NCBI RefSeq assembly: GCF_009914755.1
Contig: NC_060930.1
Strand: one strand, 5' to 3'
Origin: the human T2T-CHM13v2.0 reference genome, Homo sapiens
Length of the DNA: 64,000 bases
The notes beneath the pieces are model-generated. The model did no database searches, was not told the origin of the DNA, and worked only from the letters and a program-made list of their open reading frames with translations. The position numbers and the translations under genes are program-made. This document shows positions 43,726 to 58,527 of this stretch, in pieces; position 1 is the first letter of the stretch; each line of letters starts with the position of its first letter.

Positions 43726-46505
43726 TCCATAGAAAATTCCTGAGAATTATCAAAGAAACTATCAACAGTGGTTATCTCCAAGGTGCAGAAAGCAAATATC
43801 AGAGGGTTTTAAAAATTTATCTTATGCTCATTTTTTTGACATTTTCATTATAAGCATGTGTTACTTTTAAATAGTAATTTCAGTGTCAGTATGTCATATA
43901 TACGTATATATTTATTTATATATACACAAAATAAATAAATAATAGGACTAGGAAGAAACAATCTTTAAACAGCTCCTTTTGAATGCCATTCCAAGTTTTC
44001 AGGTCTTTTTAGTCCTGATTTTATTAATACAATTTCTATCAACCTATTTGTACTGTCACCTTACACCTATATGAATGTATTCTAGAATAAACCTGACACA
44101 TATCACCATTTTAATTTGCTGAAGTAATATTACATTTTTTGTTTCAAATAGCATGTTATTATTGCCTGACAATTCATCTTTGCATTTAAATATAATATTA
44201 ATGTGGGCGCTGTAAATTTACTAATGAATTACAGCACTAAACTTGAATAAGATTGGTTATTTTAAATACTTATTAATTATTTGTGTCTTGTTCAGAAGAG
44301 GACCACCAGAAGGATCTTTCTTCAGAATGGAATATATTAAAAACTTTGTTTAAATATATTTAAATAAATATATTAACTTTTGCAAAGCACATCTGTATTT
44401 ATTTCAATTTGAATGTCACTTCCTAGGTGAATCTATTTCTGACCCACCTGTCTTCTCTGGAAGAGCACATTATCTTGATTGTGTTGTTGCCCTTGCCCTA
44501 TTATTATAATATATATTTATTATGTTGTTTGTCAGATTTCCCTACAATGTTGTGAGTTCTTAGAGGAAAATTGATATATTGCTTAAAGCAAAAACAAGGG
44601 ATAAAAGAGAGCTTATTTCTTTAAGCCAAAAGTTCTTTGAGTCTAAGTAAGAAAAAAAAACCATATAATCTCACAATTAAAAGTGTGCTATTTCCCACAT
44701 ATTAAGATTTTTACACAATTATATGTTATATGTACAAAAATATTACATTATGTTGACTCTTAACCTGCATTTTTGATGAAAGAATATATCATGGATACGT
44801 TTTTGTCATTACGTATTATTCTACAAGGGCATCTGATAGCTACACAAGTCTACTGCATACACATGAACATTGTTTTAATCTTCTAACAGCAGAATATGTG
44901 ATTATTTCTAGTGTGTTTTTTTCTTTTAGAAGTAAATAGCTATTAGATAAAATAAAATATAAATCTAGAGAATAAAGTAAAACGTGTGGCAACAGCTAAG
45001 ATTGGTCTTATCTGCATTGGATATTTTATATTTTCTGTGCGCCATCACCTACTCCCAACTCACCTAACATGCCCAGTCCCTAGCTGCTGTCAGCTCCGGA
45101 ATCTTTTCTGATGTGTGGAAGCTGGACCTACTTTACTTCTATTCCTTGTCCCAGCATTGACGACTCCAGCTGACTCCTTTCTAGAACATGATCAGAAGAA
45201 TATGGCTTGTTACGGTTTGTTATGGCTATTTAAGCCATACACAGGCCAGTGTTTAATGGGGCTGTTCTGTAGCTAGAGTAAAATCCTGGGGGAAATTTTT
45301 CTCATCTCGGCTTTTCCTGGGCTTGAAGTAGCAGGCAAGTACTGTTGCTCTTTTCAGATGGTCAGCAGACTCCTTATTAGTAAAGCTCCGTGGCCAATGT
45401 GTAAACAATTTTGTTCCAAGGATGCAAATGTGGATGAAATTAGAAAGCTTTAAGATAATTGAGTACTGAGGTAGCACGCTCAGGTGCCTGAACTTTAATA
45501 AAAGCCTAGACCATTTTGCCTAAATAATAATGCCTTTCAACCCTCTCCTCACAGAGGCAGATGTAGCATGAACAGGTGCATTGGCTTTGCTGATACTAAA
45601 TACCCATTGGGATCTGATAACTTAAAAGACCAGATGAGAAGGTTCTCATACCTTGGGACCCACTGATTTTCGAGATTCACTTTATACTTCTCTGTAGTTG
45701 GCTGCACCATCATGCTGTGCCCTTCTGGTAGTGGCAATAAAGTAACCATGAATATGTGTTTGTAATTATATAAAATCTAAAAGCAAAGAAAACTACAAGC
45801 AAATGGCTTCTGCTTACAAATTCAATTTATACAAGTGCCAACCTATAATTTAGAATGGTGGCTTGAGTGCCTCTTCATGCAGAAATTTGCAATTGATGGG
45901 GACATATACAGAATCAAATAAGGAAACAATGTATTCTTATTGCACCCCATTGTCAGAGGTGATGAATAGATTTGAAAAGCGGCAAAGGAGCAGAGCAAAA
46001 TTCTGCACCACCTGGAATGTTCAAGGAGAGAGAGAAGAGAACAGGCATTCTTGATGGGTCAAGTTGACCTTAGGCAGGCTCCAGATGTAGCTATAAAATA
46101 TCCTCATATCCTTGATACTTGAACACCCACTATTTTAGCTTTATCTTCAAAACAACTGAAACTGATCCCCAGGCTAGAGAAGGATTTTCTAATTATGGTG
46201 CTGAATATCAAAGATTAGCATTTGACTAGGTTGTCGGAGTGAGAGGTCATGGAGAGAGGCTACATCATTTTGAGTTTTTATGTCAGGTTTAAAGCACACA
46301 TTTCCTCAAATGAGAACCCCTGCTTAACATTATACAGCTAAATAATGGCAGAGCTGATTTTTTTTTCAACTAGGAAACATAAAATTGTATTTGCCACTTC
46401 CCATGTGGTAATTCCAAAATGATGTGATTTATATATAGTTACTTATGTAGACCTCACAGTGAGCATATATAGAAGGTATTTATTTCGATTTAAACTTAAA
46501 GATTC

Positions 46506-46805
46506 TTAATTTTAAATTCAAGGATACATGTGCAGGATGTGCAGGCTTGTTACACAGGTAAACGTGTGCGATGGTGGTTTGCTGAACAGATCATCCCATC
46601 ATCCAGGTATTAAGCCCAGCACCCATTAGCTATTCTTCCTGATCCTCTTCCTCCTCCTACCCCGCTGCCCTGTGACTGGCCCCAGTGTGTGTTGTTCCCC
46701 GCCATGTGTCTATGTGTTCTCATCATTCAGCTCCCACTTATAAGTGAGAACACATGGAATTTGGTTTTCTGTTCCTGAATTAGTTTGCTAAAGATAATGG
46801 CCTCC
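46506..46805 (-). mobile_element. 5'-truncated older L1PA 3' end (about L1PA10-13)
   Basis: TACATGTGCAGGATGTGCAGG..TGGTGGTTTGCTG..TTAAGCCCAGCA..AGCTCCCACTTATAAGTGAGAAC. Confidence 0.9.
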
Positions 46806-49144
46806 TCTTTTTGGAATAGTACATCATTTACTGTACTTCTCAACATTTCAAAAGTGGGACAAATTCTATATTCTACATCTCCACCTCAAATTCTTCTGTT
46901 GGTGAGGTTTTTTGTTTGATCAACTTGGTCATCACAAGTTTCAGCTTCTTTTTAGAGGTTACTGTACTACTTTTATTTGTGGCGATGTTACTAATTTTAC
47001 AGATTGGAAAAGCATAGAAACGTATTCATTTAAAGTAAGGAGGAGTGTTTCAAAAAGCCTGGCAATGTTACAGCAAAGGATCTCCTGAAATCCTTTATCT
47101 CCTGAAATCATATTGGGATGAGGTCTATTATCTCAGAAATACTGTTATAGCAAAAGACTTTTAAGTAGTGAGGAAAATGCTTAAAGTGTAGATCTTTTTA
47201 TGTTTCTATTTTTACTATTTTTAATTTGCCCACATATATTTATATGCTTTATTTCCTTTTTACAATGCCTTTCCTTGGGATGAAATATAGCTGTTTTAAA
47301 GTCAATACATTTTAATTAAATTAATATATTTGCATATCTCATATTCAAATCACATATTCAGAATGCAATCTGACTTCTGCTTAATCCTAGAACAAACCAA
47401 AATTAAAAAAAAAATGAAGAAAACTTTGTTTACCCCAAGCAAAACTGATCTCTGATAAATAAACATGTCCTCAGAAAATGGGATTAATACCTTTTAGATG
47501 TCTTCTTCTTGTTCATCTTATTTTAAACATATCATCCTTCTCTTTTTAGACATTGTTTACTTCTTTGCAGGCATAATAGTTTCATTCTGTCTCTTTCAAG
47601 AACTCTTCCACCCAGAAGTCCGTACTAGCTTTCTATCTACCCATTGAATTCATTGTATAGAGACCTTTTCGTTTCCAAGAAAGGCTACCAAGGCCAAAGC
47701 CAAGTTTAACTCAAAGGACAGGGCACATCATTTTGAAATACCAGATGCTTAGATGACTGAATATATGATGTTTGGAGGCAGGAAGCCTATTCGCTTGACA
47801 ATCTATACCACATTACACTGGTTTATTTGAAGGTTACTTCTTTGTTAAAGCACACATACTTCCCAGATGATAAGATTTGCTTAAGGTTACATAGCTAGCT
47901 AATGAGAGAATTGAGCTTTTCCTTTGATTAGACCATACTACCTCCTGTACATAAAATTGTATTAAAATAATTATTTTATTTCTAATTTTAATCACCTGTT
48001 TTACCTCTGTACCAATTTGTCTACAGATTTTCATTAAAATAAATATCCAAGGATGGTGCTTTGACATCATGTGTACTATTGTCAAAATTATATGTTAGTT
48101 GCTGGTCTCTGAATTAAGCACTCTATGCATATTTTCGTATTTAGTCTGCCTATTAGCAATACTGAATGGATAGGCCTAAATCTAGGTTCAAAGCAATTGA
48201 AGAATAATAAGGATTTTCATTTCAGTGTTAATATTTCTGCTATAAAATTGTTAACTGATTTAAACAAGAATTTTAGCCTTGTGCAGAAAACTTACTTATT
48301 TGCAGCATACTTATTTACAACAATTTTAATATGATAATCTTAGAGTAGATTAACATTTGTTAATGTCTCATGTGTTGATTGTTTTTCTGCCAAATATTTT
48401 TAATATCAATATTAATGTCTGAATATAGTTTGACCTTGGTGATATGATTCTGTATAGTAGTAAGTTGTGTCATAAGAGAAGTCTCACTATAGTAGCACTT
48501 TTCCTGACATAGTTTTTAAAAATTAATTCATTATTTTAAGGTATTTCTTTCAATTTTGGGGGGTTTTCATAAAAAGAGAGTTCTAATTTGAATACTAGTA
48601 AAATCCAAATTTAAATTGTGCTATCCCCATTGGTTCCTAGGTTTGGGTTTATTTTTATTTTATGTTGTCTTTTATTTCAGATCTATTACATCCCTAGTTT
48701 TTGCTAAGTTTATCTAGCCAATTATTAGCTAGAGTATCATTACATTCCAGGGTAAATTATTTAGTAGCATGAAACAATGTATTCTGAAAATGTGGACTGT
48801 GTATCAGGGAGCTCACAAGCTCAGTGTAGTTTGTCAAACTTCTAAAGAAAACATCTCAGTGAGTCATTAAAAATGAGAAAGGAAGGGTTTGGTAAAACAT
48901 TGCTTCTCATTAGTATGGCAAGTCAGTAAGTATTTGGGGTTGGAGGAGGGGCCCTGCTGATGGATGAATGTGCTTTTTGGGATATTCCTGATTAGTTAGT
49001 AAGTGGTGTTTGTTACTATTTTTTCTGAGAGTTGCATCAGACTATAATAAAAGTGGCCTATGTTTTTGTTTTTAACAATTGCAGGTAAACGATGAAGGCC
49101 AAGGCTCTAAGAAGTATTTAACCCAGGAAACCAACCACCATCAT

Positions 49145-49290
49145 GGGAGTTAGAAAAAGGAGATCTGAATTCTCAACTGAGTTCTACCACTATCAAGTTT
49201 GTTACCTTTGACAAATTATTGATTACTCTGACCTTCAATGTATTTTTTTGAAAATGAAGGGAATAGACTACGTGGTATCCCTACTTCAAC
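49145..49290 (+). mobile_element. MIR SINE fragment
   Basis: GGGAGTTAGAA..ATCTGAATTCT..TCTACCACT..TGTTACCTTTGACAAATTATT core-like text. Confidence 0.55.
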
Positions 49291-49619
49291 TTTTTTTTTA
49301 AACAAGGTTCCTGAATTGACTGTATGTAAAAAGACACTAAGAAAGACCAATTAATATGAAAATCTAATTTTAGAAACAAAGGCCAGGCAGGAAGAAGGTT
49401 TTCTTTAAATTACCCACAACCAAGATAGCCCTCAAACCTAGTGGGCTTCCTCTTGTCAGTTCCAGCAGCGTCACAGTTGCTGGCAGGAAACAGGTCTCCT
49501 GAGAAAAGTATTTGCATTACAGAAGCAGCTACTGTGGCAGTAGCAGAAGGAATAACAGTTCCCTAATGAAGGTCAGCACAGACTGAACAATCAGCCCGTG
49601 TTTTCCAAAGAAGTACCTA

Positions 49620-49791
49620 TCAGGATTTTTCAGGCTGCATTTTAAAATCACACAGGGAGTTCTGAAATATAGTGATACTCAGGCCACAGCTAAAAACAAG
49701 GAAATCAGAACTCTGTGACGGGGCACAGGCAGAGATGATTTTTAGGTAATTGTCAGGTGCCTCCAGCACACAGACTAGACTGAGAACCACT
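49620..49791. mobile_element. MER5A-like hAT-Charlie element
   Basis: GGCTGCATTTTAAAATCAC..GGGAG..AATCAGAACTCTG...TGAGAACCACT terminus. Confidence 0.65.
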
Positions 49792-51484
49792 CATCTCAAG
49801 CAAGACTGGAAAATTCACTTCCATTTTAATTATTTATTCAATTCAATTGTTAGTGGGAAAAGATAATAGATGTCTGAATCAAGACGAATTCTGAGATCAC
49901 AGCTCTGTTCAGCATAAGAAAGAGCTGTGATCAGCTGATGAGGAATATCACAGGCAGAGAGAGCAGAATGAGGGCATCCTGCTACACGTTTGCCATCTCT
50001 GCATTAGAAGGTGTTTTTTGTTTTTGTTGTTTGGCTCGTGGTTTTTTTTTTTTTTTTCCCCCTACACTAAAATTCTTCAAGCAACAAATAGCGTCTGATC
50101 ACTGAGGGTTTTTTGGAACAGCCATAAGTTCTTCAGAACCTGCTGAAGGTTCTTTGGAACAACCAAATAGTTAAGAATGCAAGGAAATAAGACAAATTCA
50201 CAGGGGGAAAAAAAAACACAACTTTTTAGTTTTATAGTGTCTTTGTAGATATTGGTGAATTGATTCTCACAAAAGACTTTAAAAATATGAGTTATGCTCA
50301 TTGTGAAAGGCTAAAAAATCAATGACCACGATATAAGTGACTTTTACAGTTATGTTAAAAATCACCTTCTCTTTTGTCTTCAAACCTACAGCATGCACAT
50401 ATCTTTCCATGTTAAAACAAAAAGTAATTTGAACTTGCTACGTTTCTTTCTTCAATATTTATGTCTTCTTTATACTTTCATAATTATTTTTCAGAAAGAG
50501 AAAAGTAGCCTAACCTATTGCCTCTATATTTTTATTATTGAGTCCTTTAGACCCTTGCAGCTGACTACTAGTTACTGCATCGTGTAAACTATTAATTTAG
50601 GACTTCGATATCCAGAGAGTAGAGTGATGCCAGATCAAATCATCTTCCTACTCCAATGCACAACAACAAGTAAATTTGATATTCTAAGACAAAAATTCAC
50701 TAGTATTAAAACACAGGAAGTTTAACTTAATACCATAAACCTCAAAATGTGACAGCGAAGAAAAGAACTAGAAAATTCTGGAGTAACATTATTTCTAACA
50801 TACCTGTAACCCGACCTCTGAGTAAACAAAATTGTCACAGTTCTGACTTCGTTTATCAAATGTGTACATAATTAGGCTTAAGGGCATCATTTTTTCCCCT
50901 TCTTGACTCAGGGATGAGAATTTTTAAAAATGAAAGGTTACAAGATGGTGGAACCTTTGTACGTTTTTGTACCACCACACAAGATGGTGGTGAAAGTACA
51001 AATAGCTGTCAGAGAGTCTTGTTAAGTGATGGAAATGAAAAGTGGTACCTGACTCTGACAGCAATAGAGCCTCTAGGGTCTTTTGGAAAGTTAGGGAGCC
51101 ATCAGAATTCATGTACCTCCTCATAATGACTGGCTGCATTCCCTGCTAGATTGAAGTATAGGTGGCACAGGATAGTTAAAACAGTCTCAGAAAATAGTAC
51201 AGAGGTATATGTAATTCCAGCTGAACTCATCTTAATCAGGACAAAACTGCTTAAGTTAAACATGAATAAGATGTAAAGAAGAGGCATGATGGCTCCTGAA
51301 AAACCTACTGCTGTAAGAAGGTGATAAAATAAAGAAACATGACTCACAAGAGAAAGATGAAGTACTCACCTAGGGAAAGACACTCAAATGTGAACATTTC
51401 TCCTGAATATTTTAAGTTTTAGTAAACTTTACAAGAGCCCAAAGACCAATGATAAAACCATATAACAAGGTAACTCCATGTTTC

Positions 51485-51804
<320 letters not shown>

Positions 51805-52276
51805 TTAATCCTGTCCTAGAATTTCAGAATAAGAAAACCAATAGTCAAACTCACATCCCCAAATGGATACATACTAAACATCTCAGAGTTAACGGAACCA
51901 TAACTGAATTCTTCAATCCTAAAATGTACTTCACCTTCAGTCTTCCTCATTACAATAAAAATCAGCCCAACCATCAATTTGCTAAAGCCAGAAGTATACT
52001 CTTTTCTTCCTCCTTCCCTTCATTCTGACGGCCAGTTGATCATCAAATCTTATTGAGAGTTATTCCTCCAAAATTGAGCAAGAAAACCCCAAAAACCTCA
52101 ACTCTTCAAAGTTTTCCTGATGTAACAACTGAAAAGCCGAAGAAAATGTAAGGCAATACTCCAGATTGAATAGATGTATTTATAAAATTATTGATCAATG
52201 GAAAAAACTATATTGAATACAAAATTTTAAAACTAGAAACAGAAATGGCAAATAAAAATGAAAATTACAAAAAATT

Positions 52277-52420
52277 GGCCAGGCATAGTGGCTCATGCCT
52301 GTAATCCCAGCACTTTGGGAGGCTGAAGCTAGAGAATCACTCGAACCCATGAATTTGATATCAGCCTAGGCAACATAGTGAGACCTAGTCTCTAAAAAAA
52401 TAATAATAATAGCTTAAAAG
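52277..52420 (+). mobile_element. FLAM / free left Alu monomer
   Basis: Single Alu arm ending GTCTCTAAAAAAATAATAAT; flanked by AAAAAATTG repeats. Confidence 0.88.
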
Positions 52421-53596
52421 AAAAAAAATTGTTAGAAATAATATATATATCAGAAAACATGAAATTTCAAATTGCATATGAAAGACTAAACTCAAATGAT
52501 AAGTAAGGGCTATTGAGAAAAGTAAAGCATGTGCTAAGGATGAAAAAGAAAGAACCATTGAGACAGAAGAAATTTTAAAAATCATAAGAGACTACTCACA
52601 TTCACTCCATGTAAATACATTTGAAAATATAATTGAAGCAGATAATTTCCTGTGGAAATACAGATTTTCAAAATTAATCCTATTGAAAAGCATAAACAGA
52701 CTGATTTTCTTAGATGAGACAGAGAAAGTAATTAAGTAACTTCACCCTCTTTCACCAGGAAAATGCTGACCCAGATATTTCCAAAGTAAAATTCTACCAA
52801 ACCTACAAAAACCAGATACAGTTAATACTTCATAAATGGTTCAAGATAATTGTTAATGAATCAGACTGTCTATTTTTATCAAGTGAGTTAACATTGATAA
52901 CAAAATTTGATATAGAAACATATTTGTGAATATTAATACAAAATACTAGTTAAAATATTAAAAGGCTGAGTCCAATAGAACATTAAGAAAATAAAATAAT
53001 ACACGTGATCAGATAGAATTTATTTCAGTAATGTAAATTTTGTTAACTTAGGAAATAATGAACTGTGATAATATATTAAAGTATAAAATCATGTAAATAT
53101 CTCTGTAGATGCTAAAAAGACTTTGACAAATTTAACACTTCTTCATGAAAACTCAAGAAAATAAATAATATTTTAGCTCTAAAGCAAGTATGTTATGGAA
53201 TAAAAACATTAGGAGTATTTTGCTAAGATGAAGAGCAAAGCAAGGATGCCCACTATCTGCACTATTCAATATTCTACCATATAGATTAGCACCCCCAAAA
53301 AAGTAAACCAGAAAAGATAAATCAGCTAGAGGCAAAACATTTAGTAAAGAAGAAAAAAAAATCTCTACTTGCAGATGATATGATAGTGAACTTTGGAAAC
53401 CCAAAAGAAATGATAAAACTGATCATTGAACACTAAAAACGTAATAATATAAAACAATAAAACAATTCAGTAAGGAACAAAATTAACAACAAAAATCAAT
53501 AGCTTTCATCTACATAGACAAAAACCAGCTAGAGGACATACTATTAGAGAAAACTCCATTGCAACAGCAACAAAGATTAAATACTTAAAAAATTTA

Positions 53597-53968
<372 letters not shown>

Positions 53969-55574
53969 CTAAAAATTTGATGTCGTCTGCTCTTGAATAG
54001 GATGACTCAACATCATAATCATGCCACTTCTCCCAAAGGTAATTTATAAAGTCAATGTAATTCTAATAAAAATACCAGCAAGCTTTTACATAAAGTTAGA
54101 CAATTTAATACTAATGTTCATACGGTACAACTAAATATGCAAGAATAGCCAGGAAAACACTAATAAAAAGAAAAACTACATGGGGTAGTAGCCCTACTAA
54201 AACTTCAGATATATTTTCAAGCTCTTAATTATAACAGTGTTGCACTGGCATATGACAAATAGAACAGCGGAATAGAATAGAAGGCCCTGAATTAGAATCA
54301 AATACACGTGGAAAATGAGTACACAATAAAGGTAGCATCCCAAATCACTAATCTTATGGTAAGACTAAACAGGCAAGAATAACTTAAAAAATAACTTAAA
54401 AATAGATTTGAACAAATGGTGCTGTGACAACTTACTAGCTATCAGGAAAACTATAAAATTACATTTGTACTTCATACTGTACACGAGAATAAACTTCAAA
54501 TGAATCAGGATCTAAATGTTAAAAAGGAAACAATATAAATATTAGAAGAAAACACCCTAACTCCTATGTCGGAAATGTATATGCAGATATAGCCATATTT
54601 CTATAAGTGAATACAGCAGATTGTAAAGACTATCTGTGCTGTTATCTTTCATGTAAGAAAGAAGGAGATAGAAGAAAAAAAAGGTATCTGTGCAAAAGAA
54701 TCCTAGAGGAATAAACTAGAAACTAATGAGACTGGTTACTCATTAGAGATTGGGTGGCTGGGAGTAAGGTAAAAAAAATGCAGGAAATGTGAACAGGAGA
54801 GAAATAAGAAGAAGAAAATGGCACTCCTGTGAGCATGACATACATAATAACATATGTACATATGCATATATACATAAAAGTGTGTGATTTATATGCATAT
54901 AAACACATATATACATACACACAGGTATATTTAGAAATAGATACAGATACGTTTGTACACCAATATTTTCTAGTTGTGAGTACTCAGAGGGCAATGTCAC
55001 TCCAGTAACAAAGAACATACTTAGCATCTAGATCTTGAATTTTAAATAAGATTTATCACTAAAAGTAAACTAAAGTTTCTTGGTGATAGGGTTTATTCCA
55101 GCATTGAGGTGGGGAAAATAGAGGAAAACCTCAGGATATTTTGTAGTGCTAGAGAATGGGAAAAGATCATGGAAACATGCCAAAAGGAATAAGGAGCCTC
55201 CTTGAAAGAGCTCCCAGTAGCTAAATCTGGGAAAAATTAAACATCAAAACCAATAATAATAGCAATATATTATAACCCATAAAATTAAATAATTACCCAT
55301 GAGTACCTACTCAGGCAAATAAATGAGTAAATAGTTAAACAGGAAGACTGACAACTCTTACAGAAAATTTCAATTAATGAATGTAGAGAAGATTATGGAA
55401 ATATTAAATTAACATTTGGAAAATAGCACAGTAATAAATTATTCAGACAAAAATGATTAATAGAAGCTAAAATCTGTAGGTGCGTATTTGTGTAATCTCA
55501 TCGTATCTTTCCTCAAGATATTTATTAATAACAAGGAGAAAAATAGTGACTATAATGAAGAAATCATTATCAGA

Positions 55575-56231
55575 TCCAATCTACCCTTTATTGATTTCTC
55601 TGTAAATATCTCTCCTTGGCCAGTTGGCACAATGTTACGTTTTCTTCTTAGTTCTGGTTCTGGTGTGCTTCCTTTGGTGAATTCTTGCGAGGTGCATAGC
55701 ATCTGCTGAAGTGCGTACTCCTGCAGCATGAAGATGTCAGCAGCATCTGTACCCCCTCAAGTGGTTGCTCAACAAGTGTCATTGCCTGGCATACCCCCAC
55801 ATACAGAGTCCCTCAAAATACTCTTATGTGGCTTTGCAGCAGGTTCCCCCATGTATCATCTCCTAATGGACAGCTTCCCTTGAAATCCCAAAAGGTATAT
55901 TTCTAGTCCCACCAGTGCAGACCTCAGTGAATTTCCCCACCATGCAGGAAGCTATGACTCTACCCTCTCCAAAGAGATCTGGATCTCAGCCCTGTAGAAG
56001 GCTCTCTTCCAGACTTGTTCCTCCTCTGAGGGCTCTGTATCAACCCTAAGTGTACTGGCTGGTTTTTTTTTACATCTACTATTCCTGTATTCTTCAGCAT
56101 TCTCTTTGTCTCTTACTAGCAATCTCCAATTACTTCAAACCACGGTTATACTTAATATTCTTTATAATAAAATTTCCCTGATCAGATTATTAATGTATTT
56201 TCTGTTTCCTGGTTGGACCCTGACTGATACA
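55575..56231 (+). mobile_element. ERVL LTR (LTR33/LTR41-like) nested in the L1MC
   Basis: Terminal TTTATAATAAAATTTCCCTG..TTTTCTGTTTCCTGGTTGGACCCTGACTGATACA; 5' boundary uncertain. Confidence 0.65.
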
Positions 56232-56479
56232 CTACACTAAACAAGTAATCAAAGTTCATATCATCAGCAATAAGACATATTGACCTCATGTGCCTCCTGA
56301 TATGTGGCCTCTCCCTCTTCAGAGCATCATGCCACATTTTAGAATTCTTGCAAAAAATGAATAACCTGAATTCAAGCAGGAGGAAACATCAAATAGACCC
56401 AAATCAGGACACTATTAAAAAATAATTAGCCAATATTTCTCAAAAGTGAAAGACAAATATTTAAATGAAAAATAGTATT

Positions 56480-56860
56480 TTAAGCCTGCTAATGATCTAT
56501 TATCACACTTATGAATACCCCCAATTTTTATAGAGCCCTGTATTATCTTGCCTCTGTTTCTTATCTCTGAACTCATTTCATAGCACCCTTCCCTTTCTTC
56601 AGTATGCTGAAGCTATCTGGCTTGATATTGGTTAATGCAGTTTAACTATTCCTTTACCCTGCTGTGTTTACTTCTTTCATACTCGGTAACTCCACAATCA
56701 AATTGAATCTGTCTCAAATAAGCTCTCATTAGGAGCCACTCTTCTATAATGCAAACTCTATGAAAGAATCTTGTCTCCCTTGTTCCTTGTTATCTCTCTG
56801 GCTAGTACACTGCCCGGCATATTCTAAGTACTAAATAAATATTTTCTGACATTTATTGGC
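56480..56860 (+). mobile_element. L2 LINE 3' fragment
   Basis: TCTTGTCT..TGTTCCTTGTTATCTCTCTGGCTAGTACACTGCCCGGCATATTCTAAGTACTAAATAAATATTT. Confidence 0.6.
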
Positions 56861-57209
56861 ATTTGTGACCTCAACTGGTAAATTCAAGTTTGTTTTTCTT
56901 CTTGCTAGTTGATTACACTGTGGCATTTGACTCTGTGGTCAAGCTGAGCTTCTTTAAATTCCACTCCTCCTTAGCTTTTGTGCCACTGTTTCTACTTCCC
57001 TTCTTACCTCTCATATCCTTTCTCTTCTTCATAGCCTTGCCTTCTCCTGCCTTCCACTAAATAACTTCTGCAGAATTCTGCTGGGCTAGAACACAGATCA
57101 TAAGGAAAGGAACAATGCCTCAAAGTGGAAATATAATACATAACAAAAATTCACACCTCTTATAATATGACATTTTCAACCTTATTAAAAATATCATCTG
57201 CCTTCTTGC

Positions 57210-57585
57210 ATTACAGTAACAGTAGCTGTTGTAACAAGCAATCCCCAATATTTCATTAGCTTAACTGTGTAAGAGTATGTTTTTCGTGTTCATGTTGCTG
57301 TCAACATGTATATGCTGTTCTAACATCCTTTAGGATTTTGAAATCATTTATGTACAGAGTAGATGGAGAAAGAGCATGAAGGGAGATTACACACTAGGGA
57401 GACATTTATAGGCTAGGCCTGTAAATGTTACATCATGTATTCTTATATGATGTTGATTAGCACTTGGTCACATTGTCAAACTCAACAGCAAAGACTCTGG
57501 GAAATTTAGTGTAGCTGTGGGCTCCGGGGGGGTTCAGGAGGAAGGAGACACAGGCTTCATGAATAGATAGTAGTCTTTGTCGTAC
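57210..57585 (-). mobile_element. Old MLT1 (J/I-like) LTR
   Basis: TAGCTGTTGTAACAAGCAATCCCCAA..TAGCTTAA...CTGGGAAATTTAGT. Confidence 0.6.
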
Positions 57586-58527
57586 TCTATTTGGAAAAAT
57601 GGTGGAAGCCTCCAGGGCAAACATGATACTAGTTGGTAGTTAACCTGATATATGAGGAAGCAATAAAATATAAATTTTATGAGCATGCTTCAGTCCTCAG
57701 TGAAACTGTTTGATAGGATATGAATGACCTGGATAGAAGTTGTTGGGTTTTTTAATTTTATTTTTAGTGTTACCCAACAGATCATCAAGCAGTACATATA
57801 GCCTCCCTCTGAATTTGGGATTTGAGAGCTACATTCATGGAGAATGTTAGCCTACCACCTCACGTGGTTTCTTGGTTTAGAAATTATAGTGTGAGATTTC
57901 CCAAATCTAGAGTGTTCCTCTGATTCCTTTCCCAGCTTTGAAAGGCAAGTGGTTCCTACCTGTTCCATCAGCCTTTTCTTCATTTGTGCACACAGGGGAG
58001 CTGTGGTCTATGGCCCAGGACCAATTCACTCATCTTAATGTCTTTGGTCTTTGTATTGCCCTCCCTTAGCAAGCTCAGAAACAGGCCTACCATCAAACAT
58101 TCTCTATGCTCTCATGGCATGAAAACTCATTTTTAGAGTTTCCCTTATATGACTACATCTGTTTCTTGATCTAAGTAGGATGCTGTACCTGTAGTTAAAG
58201 CTGTGAATGCTGAAATTAAATAGACATATCTTGGATTCCTCACCTGTCACTTAATAGGTGTATGACCTTAAGGAATTTACATAACCTCTCACAGCCTTAG
58301 GTTCCTCATCTGAAATAGAAGTGCAGAAGTGATGGGAACCTGCTGCTGTTAACATTATCCAATCATAATAAAACCTGTAGATGATATTTCCTTTCTGTGT
58401 TTCTTATTCTAATTAAATGATGAGTACCCACTAAATTGCCCATGAGAAATCTGCTTGTCATACTGAACATCTTCCCTGTCACACTTCTCCCATCTAATTC
58501 GTTTTCAAAATCTATTAATTTTACCCT

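Noticed and set aside
45185-45334. Possible 150-nt exon with a GC donor
   Set aside because: All three frames contain stops and the donor is non-canonical.
49935-49975. CTGATGA next to a hairpin, suggesting a hammerhead ribozyme core or snoRNA C box
   Set aside because: No stem II followed by GAAA and no matching cleavage triplet geometry; no terminal stem with a D box.
51102-51347. Hydrophobic 81-aa minus-strand ORF resembling a membrane peptide
   Set aside because: No family I recognise; T-rich strands yield hydrophobic frames by chance. It would need tBLASTn, PhyloCSF or ribosome-profiling support.
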